Virus record (IMG/VR): IMGVR_UViG_3300021139_000002
Location: 42,022-106,021 of that record
Reading direction: 5' to 3' (one strand)
Length of the DNA: 64,000 nucleotides
Source of the DNA: a virus
The notes beneath the pieces are model-generated. The model saw nothing but the letters and a program-made list of their open reading frames with translations, made no database searches and was not told the origin of the DNA. Shown here in pieces: positions 30,601-39,638 of the stretch; position 1 is the first letter of the stretch; each line of letters begins with the position of its first letter. The translations under genes and the position numbers were made by a program.

Positions 30601-31069
30601 TAAATTGCTCGTACCAATTAGAATTAGATGGATCGTTCCACGCGATTGTTGTATTGGCTAAATTAACACCTGTACTATCAGTAACGCTGTCTGTTGTACT
30701 GACCGCTGTTACTTTTAACAGACCGTTAGCTGTACGGTTTCTTTTAGGAACATAGCTGATTAATTGTGCTAAACGTAAAATGCTATCACGACGCTGTGCT
30801 GTTTCTAAAAAGTTTTCACGAGCATTTAAATCAATACGGAAGGATAAGTTCTGTCCTAGGTAAGCAATGACATCAACTAATGCAACAAATTCACTACTAT
30901 CAATATAATCGTTGAAATCTTCAGGATAATTTTCTTGAAGATAGCCAATTAAAATGCGACGAATTGTTTCAAAGTCATAGCTCTGAAAGTCTGCATTTTT
31001 AAAAGATTGGTATATCTTTGTCCAATCTTCTGTTACCAGTAATTTTTTATTTGTTGATGGGATAGTCAT
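27632..31069 (-). CDS. baseplate wedge protein gp6-like
   Basis: DFETIR, ARENFLETAQRRDSILRLA..SY.PKR, FADG.FG..P, QNRMVTGEDY. Confidence 0.88.
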   Translation of the reverse strand: MTIPSTNKKLLVTEDWTKIYQSFKNADFQSYDFETIRRILIGYLQENYPEDFNDYIDSSEFVALVDVIAYLGQNLSFRIDLNARENFLETAQRRDSILRLAQLISYVPKRNRTANGLLKVTAVSTTDSVTDSTGVNLANTTIAWNDPSNSNWYEQFTNIFNSAMPSVTIFGKPNDRNTLNGILTEQYQLNTTNQDVPVFSFLKNINGTPMNFEIVPATFSGQPYVYETAPKPAEQFSVIFQNDNQGSGSANTGFFALFKQGSIGVTSFNISNPVPNEIIGININNINDTDVWLWQLDPSGSYPSAPWTKVPALVGNNVIYNSLNQTIRNLYSVTSRDNDQIDLTFADGTFGNLPKGNFQLFYRQSNGMTYSIKPDQMSGIVVSIPYANKSGQNHVLTVTFSLQYTISNSSGPETNASIQKNAPQTYYTQNRMVTGEDYNIAPLTLTSNILKVKSVNRESSGVSKYFELSDVSGKYSSTNIFGIDGIVYKDNTEKNFTFTYSSRNDIFSVVKQQLEPIIDSNYFLNFYLDHYRGMASITLNSDLIDPTYEWNSSNVVTGQGRGFFYSKNRRLNVNVPQSVGTYTSSVLQYITAGAIIKFVPPKTSSGAQQYFLPNGKIVPQQTNKTVDYIWATVLQVIGDGSNVGQGNLSDGTGPIILGSRPGQGSIPVEIVPAFVNTLSYTFENDLVNLCLTQRNFGLRFDSSLRSWMIIEDTNLDLVNDFSFEYQGDVTNANKDSSWMVAFTWTGAEYKVRYRTTSFIFQSVNQTGFYSDPNDVNFDYTNNSVVKDKITVLSINTKTGTNESLGSDYVWQINGPIIEVDGYVDPSRVEVSFYNHQDSGTVGQLVDPDIFANIVGSSNDLGTSDGYAVFEFTTDGMSLTPVSTDQYVVFSSENAARGHYSNILDTEYLYYFVDTNTVKTVDSFNEFVLASNYVAYPGRADLSFHYQHNSGEEYRIDPSKSNLIDVYMLTSDYDTSFRNWLLTGSGSKPLPPSSQSLDNNYANILDPIKSISDEIIYQPVTYKVLFGTSADINLQAKFKAVKSSSSTISDNEIISKILEGINNFFALENWDFGQSFHFSELSTYIMNLLTPDITNFVIVPVVNNFGSLYEVTCQSNEIFISGARASDIAVIDAITAAQLNTTLIAG

Positions 31070-31113
31070 AATATTGTTCTACACCGTATTTATTTTATCT
31101 ATAAACCACATAC

Positions 31114-31551
31114 TTAATGTGAGAGTAATCCGATTTCCTGATCAAAAGTTAATTTTAAATTAGTCGATTGATCAGTGCCTTTTAGTTTAAGAGTAGCTTC
31201 AACTATAAAACCTGTAGGATATTCTGTGACATTTATTCTAGTCGGTGTTACCCTTGGATCACTATTACAAATACCTGTTATATCTTTATTCAGTGCTTCT
31301 CTAACATCAGGAGTCATTGGCTCCATTAATAGATCCCATACAATACTTCCAAACTGAGGATTCATCACTCGCTCACCTTTGCGAGTATTGAATTGGTTGA
31401 TGATATCTTGCTTGATTAAATCTAAATCAAATAATTTTGCCGTAGGATTTAAAGGGTCAACGCTACTATAACCTTTATAAAATTGAGTTGTTTTTAAAGG
31501 TTGTTCTAGTACTGCATTGGCTGTGGTAATTTCTATTGACTTGTATGGCAT
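31114..31551 (-). CDS. baseplate wedge protein gp25-like
   Basis: DLIKQDIIN.FNTRKGERVMNP.FGS...LLMEP...DPRV. Confidence 0.9.
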   Translation of the reverse strand: MPYKSIEITTANAVLEQPLKTTQFYKGYSSVDPLNPTAKLFDLDLIKQDIINQFNTRKGERVMNPQFGSIVWDLLMEPMTPDVREALNKDITGICNSDPRVTPTRINVTEYPTGFIVEATLKLKGTDQSTNLKLTFDQEIGLLSH

Positions 31552-31558
31552 AGTGTAT

Positions 31559-33874
31559 TTATTGTCCGGACTTAACTGGGTTTCCTTGACTATCAGTTAG
31601 GATGGTTCCTCCGCCAGTGGTAACGTTTGTTGAGGAATTAGCCGAGATTGTACTCTTTAATTGTCCTAAGAAACATTCGTAATATCCCTTTTTCTTAGCA
31701 TAGATATCAGGTGTACATAATCCTACCGCTTTGTACGCGGCTTCAAAATATGCAGGACTATTTTGATCAACTTTACATCTATCTTTCAAATACCAAACAC
31801 TAACTTCTGCTGCCACTGCTGGGTCATTTAATAATTTTGGATTGTTTACAAGGTCGTATCCTGAAAGGTTTCCGTACTTGGTATAGTTTGCTCTACCAGT
31901 TAATTGAATATACCCTCTACCAATAAATGCCGCGCCGTCTCCAGGTTGAGTATTTCCTAATCCTCTACCTTTAGAAGTGTTGTAGCCATACAAGAATTCA
32001 GGAAGACTATTGTTAGGATTACCGGCATATTGCTGAGCCAGTGCTTGGTCGCCTTTGAATACACTTGGAAATACTTGTAATAGTCTAGCGGCAGAATAAT
32101 TAAATCCTTCCTCAACGGTTTTCCATCCGCTCTCTCCGCCCGCAATTCCTAACAATGCGGCTTGAGCATAAGGACTTGTAAATCCTAATTTTGCACACGC
32201 AGTTTTAATAGCTGCTTGTCCAGCTTTGCCAGCAGGTGCATTAATTTCAGCCGCCCTCTTAGGATCGCAAGTTCCGGGAACAATGTCTGGTTGGTTGGCA
32301 GGATCTTGGACTCCTGAGTTAGGGTTAATCTCAGCGCCGGCGGCTGCTCTTGCAGAGCCCGGGCCAGTACTCAAAGTAGCGTCTGTTGCTTGTGAACTAA
32401 ATTTTGATGGATTAACGTTCTCGTGCTGAGGCCAAGGTTCATGTGTTGGCACACGTTGCATAATTGAGGTAATTGTTCCTGTGTTATAAAACTTATCAGG
32501 ACCCCAACCGTAATTTACATCTCTGTTAGGCAAGCTATGAATATCTAATAGTGGAGGTGCTTCTGCACTTTCTGGAGAAGTAGGCGCACTAGCCGGAGGA
32601 CCGTTAAAGTGAACTTGAGCTCCTACCATTACAATATTGCCGTTGGCATCAACACTAAACACTCCGCCAGATCCTACCATAACACTTTCGCCACCAATAA
32701 GGTTCATGCCATTTGAGGCAGCGGCCATGATATCTTTTCCAACATTTAAATGGAAGTCACTTAGTACGGTCATCTTTGCAACATCACCGATTGCTAAATC
32801 GTAATTACTTTTAACAGATATCTTACTATAATCGTCGATAGCAAGGTAATGATATCCGCCAATATTTGTTTCCATATTTTTAACTGATCTCATATGGATA
32901 TCTCGACCTGCTTCAATATTAACATCTCGACCTGCTCGGAAGTTAAAATCTTGTTCAGTGTGTATACTCACGCTGTCAGCCGCATACATATCAATTTTAC
33001 CATTACTGGTTAGTTCAATCCATGCAGACCCTTTGCTATTGCCGATATAAATTAAATCTTGGCTATTGTGCAACAATATTTGATGACCGGTTCTTGTTCT
33101 TATTCTAACAAGTTCGTTCTGTCCGTTGATGTCCCCGTCGTCCATGACAAACGTACTGCCACCTAATCTACTAACAGGTGCAATACGTTTGCTTTCATAA
33201 CCTATTTGTGCAGTTTTTCCGCCAGGGCTTGTATCTAATGGGCCTGGAGTACTAATACCAAACACACCGCTTGGAACTTCTCGTCTGGCGCTACTTGATG
33301 TAACACCTCTAGTAGTATCTAACAACAATCCTTGTTGTACTAATCTATCTGCAAAGGGATGTACTGGTTTTTTTATTACGTTCGGATCTGGCACATCGTT
33401 TGTTTGTGTGCTTTTTAAAAATTCTGCAACAGGTAGATATGTTGTACCATATCTTTGTATCTGTTCAGGAGTCATTGATGTTTGTTGACTGGCAGCAATC
33501 CCGGGTATCATGTGATTCTGAAACTGATCAGGAACACACCCCATCCAGTAACCTTGGTTAGGATCTCCATCAATAAAAATAACCAGCACAACGGTTCCAA
33601 TATCAGGAGGAACCATCCACATACCGTATGACTTTTGTACGTCATTAAAGTTACTGCTATTATTACCTTCGTATCTAATAGATGTAACTCCGTAGAAAGG
33701 ACTTAGATAACGAACAATATACGTGTCTGTTTGATAGTCAATAGAGTTTTGTAGTGTTTTTATTAAAGACACTTCTAAACTTCCCATATATGTAGGATCA
33801 AGGTTATTGGTTATCTCAGCTAGGAACGGACCTGCTGAGGGTAACTTGCCTCTCGCTCTTTTCTCAACTGCCAT
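31559..33874 (-). CDS. baseplate hub/spike gp5-like with C-terminal GH19 (chitinase/lysozyme-like) domain
   Basis: OB-fold SYGMW.VPPD.G..VLV.F, RTRTGHQ, beta-repeat region; ESG...E, GDG..FIGRGYIQLTGRANY. Confidence 0.85.
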   Translation of the reverse strand: MAVEKRARGKLPSAGPFLAEITNNLDPTYMGSLEVSLIKTLQNSIDYQTDTYIVRYLSPFYGVTSIRYEGNNSSNFNDVQKSYGMWMVPPDIGTVVLVIFIDGDPNQGYWMGCVPDQFQNHMIPGIAASQQTSMTPEQIQRYGTTYLPVAEFLKSTQTNDVPDPNVIKKPVHPFADRLVQQGLLLDTTRGVTSSSARREVPSGVFGISTPGPLDTSPGGKTAQIGYESKRIAPVSRLGGSTFVMDDGDINGQNELVRIRTRTGHQILLHNSQDLIYIGNSKGSAWIELTSNGKIDMYAADSVSIHTEQDFNFRAGRDVNIEAGRDIHMRSVKNMETNIGGYHYLAIDDYSKISVKSNYDLAIGDVAKMTVLSDFHLNVGKDIMAAASNGMNLIGGESVMVGSGGVFSVDANGNIVMVGAQVHFNGPPASAPTSPESAEAPPLLDIHSLPNRDVNYGWGPDKFYNTGTITSIMQRVPTHEPWPQHENVNPSKFSSQATDATLSTGPGSARAAAGAEINPNSGVQDPANQPDIVPGTCDPKRAAEINAPAGKAGQAAIKTACAKLGFTSPYAQAALLGIAGGESGWKTVEEGFNYSAARLLQVFPSVFKGDQALAQQYAGNPNNSLPEFLYGYNTSKGRGLGNTQPGDGAAFIGRGYIQLTGRANYTKYGNLSGYDLVNNPKLLNDPAVAAEVSVWYLKDRCKVDQNSPAYFEAAYKAVGLCTPDIYAKKKGYYECFLGQLKSTISANSSTNVTTGGGTILTDSQGNPVKSGQ

Positions 33875-33879
33875 TTATA

Positions 33880-36800
33880 TTACCTTATCATTATTTTATC
33901 TAAAGGACTTGTTCCTGCAGATTTACTACCAAATTTGTTAACTACAGAACTGCCCAAGTCTCCCACAATATTAACTGGGCCTAATTGGTTTCTAACTCCT
34001 ATGAAGTTTCCTTCTAAAGATCCCGGTATTCCTGTTGGACCCATTAACGAATTTCTTTCTGCATATAATTTAGCACCAAGTACTAAAGCATCTGTACTAT
34101 TGTTAATGCCTAATTTGCTTAGGTAATTGTTAAGAACAGACGGAGAGTTTGAAGCCGCAGTTTGTGCAGAGTCAGTGGGCAATTGATCTTGAGAAACATC
34201 TCGAACATTATTTGCTCCATAGGTCCTAGCCAGTGCTTGCAATCCTCCACGTGCTGTTAGTTGATTTAAGAAAGATTGATCCGGCGCAGGGTTAGGAGCA
34301 GTATTGTACGGTGTTGTAGGTGGCAAATTAGCAATCCCATTAGCGCCCAATCCGTTTAAGTTTATACCCTGAGCAGATGCAATACCAAGATCAGTATTTT
34401 CTGGAGTACTACTTACTATGTTTTCTAGTTGTCCAACAACTTTACTTTGTAGGTTAGGACTTAGACCAGATAACTGACTTTGATTAACACCAAATAAAGA
34501 TGCTATTGCTAGAGGATCTGCTTTGTTTCCTTGTAAAGCAGATTGTATATTAGTGCCTGCGTTGTTTATTAAACTTGCACCACTATCAGGCATATTCGAT
34601 ACTGCGGATAGCGCATTTGTATTAAGTCCTGTGGCAATACCTGTTGTAGGTATCGCTGACGGCGGTGTTGCTAATTGTTGAGATCTAATACCGTATGCCG
34701 TTGTAGAATCTGTATTATTTTGTACAAGTTGTAGAACTGCTCCAACACCTATGCCGGATCCTACAGCAGTGGCTTGATTAATTTTTCTACCTTGTTCACC
34801 TAAGAACTGATTTAACAATTGAGCAGCAGGTCCTTTGACACCAAAACTATTTGCTAGTTGCATACCCATTGCTTGTACATATCCGCCAGGACTATATACT
34901 CGTTGTTGTAGACCAACTGCGGCTTTGCTAGGTAGTGGCATTCCAAATGCAGGTTGGTATTGCCCGCCTGGTATAGAACCACCAAATACTTGAGTAGACA
35001 ATCTGGTCATACCTGCTAAATTAGAAGTTGCACCGCTGACATTAACTACTCCAACGGTTCCGCCTAAGCCTCCTGTCGCATTTGTAAAATTACTCAATTG
35101 TCCAGGAAGTCCGGGACTAGGTAGTCCTCGATCAAGTTGTGACCATAAGTTTAATTCATCTGGTCGTTGTCCCGGAGCTTCATCAACTGCTGGTGTTTGG
35201 TCAGCGGTAACTGCATCAGATCTATTAGGAGTTAGTCGTGTATGTTTAGAAGGATCAGTTGGTGCAAATTGACCTTCGTTACTAGGAACTTTTTTAGCAG
35301 GTAGCTGTCCAGGTTGTCTTATCACTTCTAACGATTGTTTAAACACACCGTCTTTAATTTTACTATTACATTTTGTAACTCTGTAAACACCACTAAATGG
35401 AACTAACTCTGCATCAAATTGCATTGCACCAGTTGGTCCTATATCTACTGGATTTAAAAAATTCAAAGTTACTAAGACCTCGCCATAGGTATGCGCTGCC
35501 TCCCCGTTTTCTAATTGTCTAGGAGTATTAGAAGTTGGTTTTATATTTTGATTACCAATGCCTCCGGTACATAGATAAAACGGATCTCCTAGAATTTCTA
35601 ATTCTCCCTGAATTAAGTTAGCCTTGCTATCTGTAATTGCATTATGCATGGCTTTGGCCATCGCATAGTAAGGATCTCGTTGTGTTTGGCCCCCGTTATC
35701 TTTTTGCTGGTCAGTTAATTCTGCCGTAGACATCGTAGGTGCAGTAGGTAACCCGCTTTTATTATAAAGGTCAAGAGAGGCAGCAGCCTTTTTTCCTGAG
35801 TCAGTAAGCGGAGTTACGTTGCCCAAATCAACCTTGTTTGATTTAGCACCTGCTTCTCTTGCTGGAGCACTATTAATAGCACTACCTAATACTTTAGGAA
35901 TTGCTTCAAAATATAATAAATCAAATTTTAACTTAAAATTAAGAATATCTATATTTTGTCCAGAATAGATGTAATTGTATTCACGAAGACTCATCTTGAC
36001 TAAGGCGGTAGAATCAACTACTTGTTTTCCATAGTTAGGAATTCGTGTATATAAAATTTTATAAGGTGTGATTACATAGGTATAAGTTTGATATGGTTTA
36101 TTCTTGTCAGGATCGATTGCATCTTGATTTTCGACTTCTACCTTAATTAAAAAATAATCAACTAATCCATCTTTAACAACAGACTTCCATTCTGATTGAG
36201 AACTTAATTTTCTAAGTATTTCTCGAACATAATGACTATCTCTAATAATTGCTGTTATACATTCGTTTATGCTTTTACCTTCAGGAAATTGAACTACAGG
36301 ATTACTAGGAGATATTTTATAAAACTCAGGATTCTTAGCGTTCTGTTCAGGAGTCGGCTTAGTTTGATCAGTTGGCTGGTTTGCTGTAGGTTTAGTATTA
36401 GTACCAGCGTCAGGAAATTTATATAAAGTATTGTCTTTTAATATTTCAGTAACTTTACTTTTAGAAATATCATTTCCACCATCAACCCAGCCTTTAGCAT
36501 CATCCCAAGAAGGAAATTTAATTTTGTAAATATCATATCCCTTGCCTGCACCTGCGTTCTTTGCTTCTTCTTGAACTTGTTTATTAACACCATCAATTAG
36601 GTTAGATAAGATTCCTTCAACGGTATTGCCGTTGATACTGATAGGTCTTTTAATTTCGCTAGGATTTCCTAATATACGTTCAGTATTAGGAACTGCTTTG
36701 ACAGAATATTTTGTTCCTTTTTCGTCAACATTGATATCCATTTCTGTTATGGTTATTGTAAAATATCTTGTTGATTGGTCTACGGTTGAAGGTTCTGGTA

Positions 36801-37350
36801 AATCTGCATCATCAGTATACCCTTTAAATTCTATTCGAAGAACAAGAGTTGCACCAGAATAACTAGGATATCCGGCAGCAATAGATGCAACACTTAACGC
36901 TTCTAAAAATCCGTTTATACTATAAGGCTCAAATACGGTAAACGAAATATTTGTAGCCATGGTCATGCCAGTTCGATTGTCCGGAGTCATCAATGTTTCA
37001 ATTTCAACATCGTCTATAAACAAATCAAATCTGCCAGGACTATGTTCGTTGAAGCCACCGACTAATCCTGCTACCATAGTGGCATTTGTGTTTGAACTAA
37101 CAGCTCCGCCTGTGTACTGAATTCCTGTGCTACCTTTGCCGCCAGATTTTAAAATCACATAATCTAAATTATCTTTGGCCCATTTTTTAGGATCGCCTAC
37201 ATCTGCTTTGCTAACTGCTGCTAATGTAAAAATAGGCGTAACAGATCTATACTTGTTAAGGACGTTAGAACCTTTACCCTGAATAAGTTTAGGATCTCTA
37301 TTAGGGTTTGACGGTTTTTCTGTTTTATTTTCTACAGCTGAATCTGCCAT
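33880..37350 (-). CDS. baseplate hub protein (gp27-like) with long low-complexity C-terminal extension
   Basis: F.VFEPYS, YNYIYSGQNIDILNF, LEILGDP, FSGVYRV...G.FKQ.L; position between gp53 and gp5. Confidence 0.65.
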   Translation of the reverse strand: MADSAVENKTEKPSNPNRDPKLIQGKGSNVLNKYRSVTPIFTLAAVSKADVGDPKKWAKDNLDYVILKSGGKGSTGIQYTGGAVSSNTNATMVAGLVGGFNEHSPGRFDLFIDDVEIETLMTPDNRTGMTMATNISFTVFEPYSINGFLEALSVASIAAGYPSYSGATLVLRIEFKGYTDDADLPEPSTVDQSTRYFTITITEMDINVDEKGTKYSVKAVPNTERILGNPSEIKRPISINGNTVEGILSNLIDGVNKQVQEEAKNAGAGKGYDIYKIKFPSWDDAKGWVDGGNDISKSKVTEILKDNTLYKFPDAGTNTKPTANQPTDQTKPTPEQNAKNPEFYKISPSNPVVQFPEGKSINECITAIIRDSHYVREILRKLSSQSEWKSVVKDGLVDYFLIKVEVENQDAIDPDKNKPYQTYTYVITPYKILYTRIPNYGKQVVDSTALVKMSLREYNYIYSGQNIDILNFKLKFDLLYFEAIPKVLGSAINSAPAREAGAKSNKVDLGNVTPLTDSGKKAAASLDLYNKSGLPTAPTMSTAELTDQQKDNGGQTQRDPYYAMAKAMHNAITDSKANLIQGELEILGDPFYLCTGGIGNQNIKPTSNTPRQLENGEAAHTYGEVLVTLNFLNPVDIGPTGAMQFDAELVPFSGVYRVTKCNSKIKDGVFKQSLEVIRQPGQLPAKKVPSNEGQFAPTDPSKHTRLTPNRSDAVTADQTPAVDEAPGQRPDELNLWSQLDRGLPSPGLPGQLSNFTNATGGLGGTVGVVNVSGATSNLAGMTRLSTQVFGGSIPGGQYQPAFGMPLPSKAAVGLQQRVYSPGGYVQAMGMQLANSFGVKGPAAQLLNQFLGEQGRKINQATAVGSGIGVGAVLQLVQNNTDSTTAYGIRSQQLATPPSAIPTTGIATGLNTNALSAVSNMPDSGASLINNAGTNIQSALQGNKADPLAIASLFGVNQSQLSGLSPNLQSKVVGQLENIVSSTPENTDLGIASAQGINLNGLGANGIANLPPTTPYNTAPNPAPDQSFLNQLTARGGLQALARTYGANNVRDVSQDQLPTDSAQTAASNSPSVLNNYLSKLGINNSTDALVLGAKLYAERNSLMGPTGIPGSLEGNFIGVRNQLGPVNIVGDLGSSVVNKFGSKSAGTSPLDKIMIR

Positions 37351-37351
37351 T

Positions 37352-37651
37352 TTAAATTCCTAATGTTTTTTTCATTGCACTCATTTTAGGAATGTATATC
37401 TTAACTCCTGGTACCATGTCATATGTAGGATCTTTTAGTATAGATGGATTACGGGCAGCAAATACCCACCATAAATTTGCATCGTTATATAAATCGTATG
37501 CTAATAAATCTGGTCTATTTTCGTAACTCTTTGTAATTGTAAAAACAACATCATCACTTTCAGCAGGAACCTGACGCCAGGTCATGACATCTAAGTAACC
37601 TAGACTTTGATCTGTATTGTAATACGGACTTGTGCTATTGTATTCAGCCAT
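37352..37651 (-). CDS. baseplate wedge gp53-like (LysM-like) protein
   Basis: RPDLLAYDLY....LWWVFA..N....DP. Confidence 0.85.
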   Translation of the reverse strand: MAEYNSTSPYYNTDQSLGYLDVMTWRQVPAESDDVVFTITKSYENRPDLLAYDLYNDANLWWVFAARNPSILKDPTYDMVPGVKIYIPKMSAMKKTLGI

Positions 37652-38562
37652 TATAAGAATCCTCTACCTTTAAAAGAACCATTTAAATATCCTGCTACAG
37701 AAATTTGTTGCATCTCTGCTCTGCTGTACATTGGTTTTAATATAACCGTTAATGTTGCACTTGTAGGAACACTTGCAGCACCAAACGGTTGTGAAGATTC
37801 AGAGAGTGTATAAAAATCTACTTGGTCAGGTAAATCGTGTTTAAAACTTGTAATTGCTACTGGAACATTTTTTAACATATATTCCCCATAAGCATCTAAT
37901 CTGCAGATAGGTGGCGGAGTTCCTGCGTCACCATCTGGTCCAAATTTCATTTTAGTAAGAGATGCTAACAACCTTATTGTTGATAACCAAATAATTGCAT
38001 CAGTCTCGTTCTGTACCGTGAATTTTCCTGTAATTGTTATATCGGAAACTGAACTACCTTTATAAAAATTAATTGTATAGTTCGAATGAATTGGATTTTG
38101 GCTTGTATAATCAGCCTTGTGTTCCATTGTAATTTGAGGAGTATAGGGGAAAATTATTCCTCCTAGATTAGAACCGCCTAATTCTGAGTAACTGGTTCCC
38201 TGTGTAAGGTCTGTAATGTAATTCGAAGGAACTCGAATACGCACTCTCATATCAGTACCGCTGTCTGACGATGTAACATTGCCCTCGTCATTTACCGTAA
38301 TATTAGTAACGTTAGTTACTGGTGAATCTGGTATAGGATCTCCTCCCGGTGGGACATCGCCGGTATCACGAATTGGGCCGTTATTTAAATCAACACGGCG
38401 AGGATCTTGTGCGGCAAAATCTGCAGACCCAGGACCGGAGCCACCGTGACCAGTACCGCGACGAGGATTTCTGTATACCACGGTTCCGCCTGAGTTTAAG
38501 TTAACTCCTGTAAACCCATTCTGGGAATAAATATTTGATTCACCTAATATATTGCCCGGCAT
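37651..38562 (-). CDS. tail tube initiator / baseplate-tube junction (gp48/gp54-like)
   Basis: IIFPYTP.I, PPPICRL..YG....NVPV.ITSF...LP. Confidence 0.6.
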   Translation of the reverse strand: MPGNILGESNIYSQNGFTGVNLNSGGTVVYRNPRRGTGHGGSGPGSADFAAQDPRRVDLNNGPIRDTGDVPPGGDPIPDSPVTNVTNITVNDEGNVTSSDSGTDMRVRIRVPSNYITDLTQGTSYSELGGSNLGGIIFPYTPQITMEHKADYTSQNPIHSNYTINFYKGSSVSDITITGKFTVQNETDAIIWLSTIRLLASLTKMKFGPDGDAGTPPPICRLDAYGEYMLKNVPVAITSFKHDLPDQVDFYTLSESSQPFGAASVPTSATLTVILKPMYSRAEMQQISVAGYLNGSFKGRGFL

Positions 38563-38616
38563 ATTATTTTCCTTATACGTTATTTACCCATTAAATAAAA
38601 TGCTTACTTAATCTGG

Positions 38617-38644
38617 TTGACACATGTTACTTGTGTGTTATACT
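38617..38644 (+). promoter_or_regulatory. sigma70-type promoter for late sigma gene
   Basis: TTGACA-16 nt-TATACT with TGn extended -10. Confidence 0.65.
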
Positions 38645-38669
38645 ATCCATAAAGGACCTCCATTTCAAC

Positions 38670-39590
38670 ATGACACTCGGTTTAACAACAACAAGAAAAA
38701 CAAAATACCTAAACAATAGAGACTTATTAGCAGAAATACATCGAAGTAAATGTTCGTTTTCAAGTTTTACCAAACCTGAATACAGCCAATACGATGTTAT
38801 TTTACCAAGTCTAGATAAAGTTAATATAAGAACTATTGCTGAAGCAAAGCGCAATAAAGCAAAGCGTATAGGATTACACGCATTTACTGCTGCCAGACTA
38901 GCAGGTGATAAGAAAACAAAACTAGCAGAGCTAACTCCTGACTATACTAGCATTGCCAAGACTGATGTTATTATACGAATAATGACATTTGATCATATTC
39001 CACTTGCACCCGGACGCAAGAAAACTACCAGGACAACCGCAGATGCCCACGATAAAGTTAACTTTCCTCCCTTCCAACATTGGAAGTTTAACAATGAAGA
39101 TGAACTTGTTTGCGTAGGAAAAAGCCATTGGAAAGGCACCGTAGATAAAGGGCATTTTAGCAAAGATCACGGACGTATTACTGAGAATTTAGGTAAGATG
39201 TTTATTAAATTATCTGAACGTTACGCACAAAGATCCAACTGGCGCGGATATACTTACGTTGACGAAATGAAGGGACAGGCTATCCTACAACTAAGTCAAA
39301 TCGGTTTGCAGTTTGATGAATCCAAGTCGGAAAATCCATTTGCATATTATACTGCGGCAGTCACAAATAGCTTCACTCGTATATTGAACTTGGAGAAAAA
39401 GAGCCAAAATATCCGTGATGATTTACTTGAAAGCGCAGGGCTAACCCCAAGTCTTACAAGACAAAACCAACAAGAATACGCAGAAGAGACTGCACGTCAA
39501 GCAGAATTATATAAAAATATGCGTATGCCTAAGAGTGAAGAGGTAGGCATAGAAGAAGAGTTCGGCGAAGATGAAGCCGCAGATGCTTGA
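38670..39590 (+). CDS. late-transcription sigma factor, gp55-like
   Basis: YLNNRDLL.EI, NWRGYTY.DEM, FDE.KS.NPFAYYT....NSF.RIL..EKK; start reassigned to ATG 38670. Confidence 0.85.
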   Translation: MTLGLTTTRKTKYLNNRDLLAEIHRSKCSFSSFTKPEYSQYDVILPSLDKVNIRTIAEAKRNKAKRIGLHAFTAARLAGDKKTKLAELTPDYTSIAKTDVIIRIMTFDHIPLAPGRKKTTRTTADAHDKVNFPPFQHWKFNNEDELVCVGKSHWKGTVDKGHFSKDHGRITENLGKMFIKLSERYAQRSNWRGYTYVDEMKGQAILQLSQIGLQFDESKSENPFAYYTAAVTNSFTRILNLEKKSQNIRDDLLESAGLTPSLTRQNQQEYAEETARQAELYKNMRMPKSEEVGIEEEFGEDEAADA

Positions 39591-39615
39591 CCTTTGTATT
39601 TTTATACACTATACT
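39587..39615 (+). promoter_or_regulatory. sigma70-type promoter
   Basis: TTGACC-17 nt-TATACT, followed by AGGAG SD. Confidence 0.7.
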
Positions 39616-39638
39616 TTTAGTAGGAGAATTATAACTAT

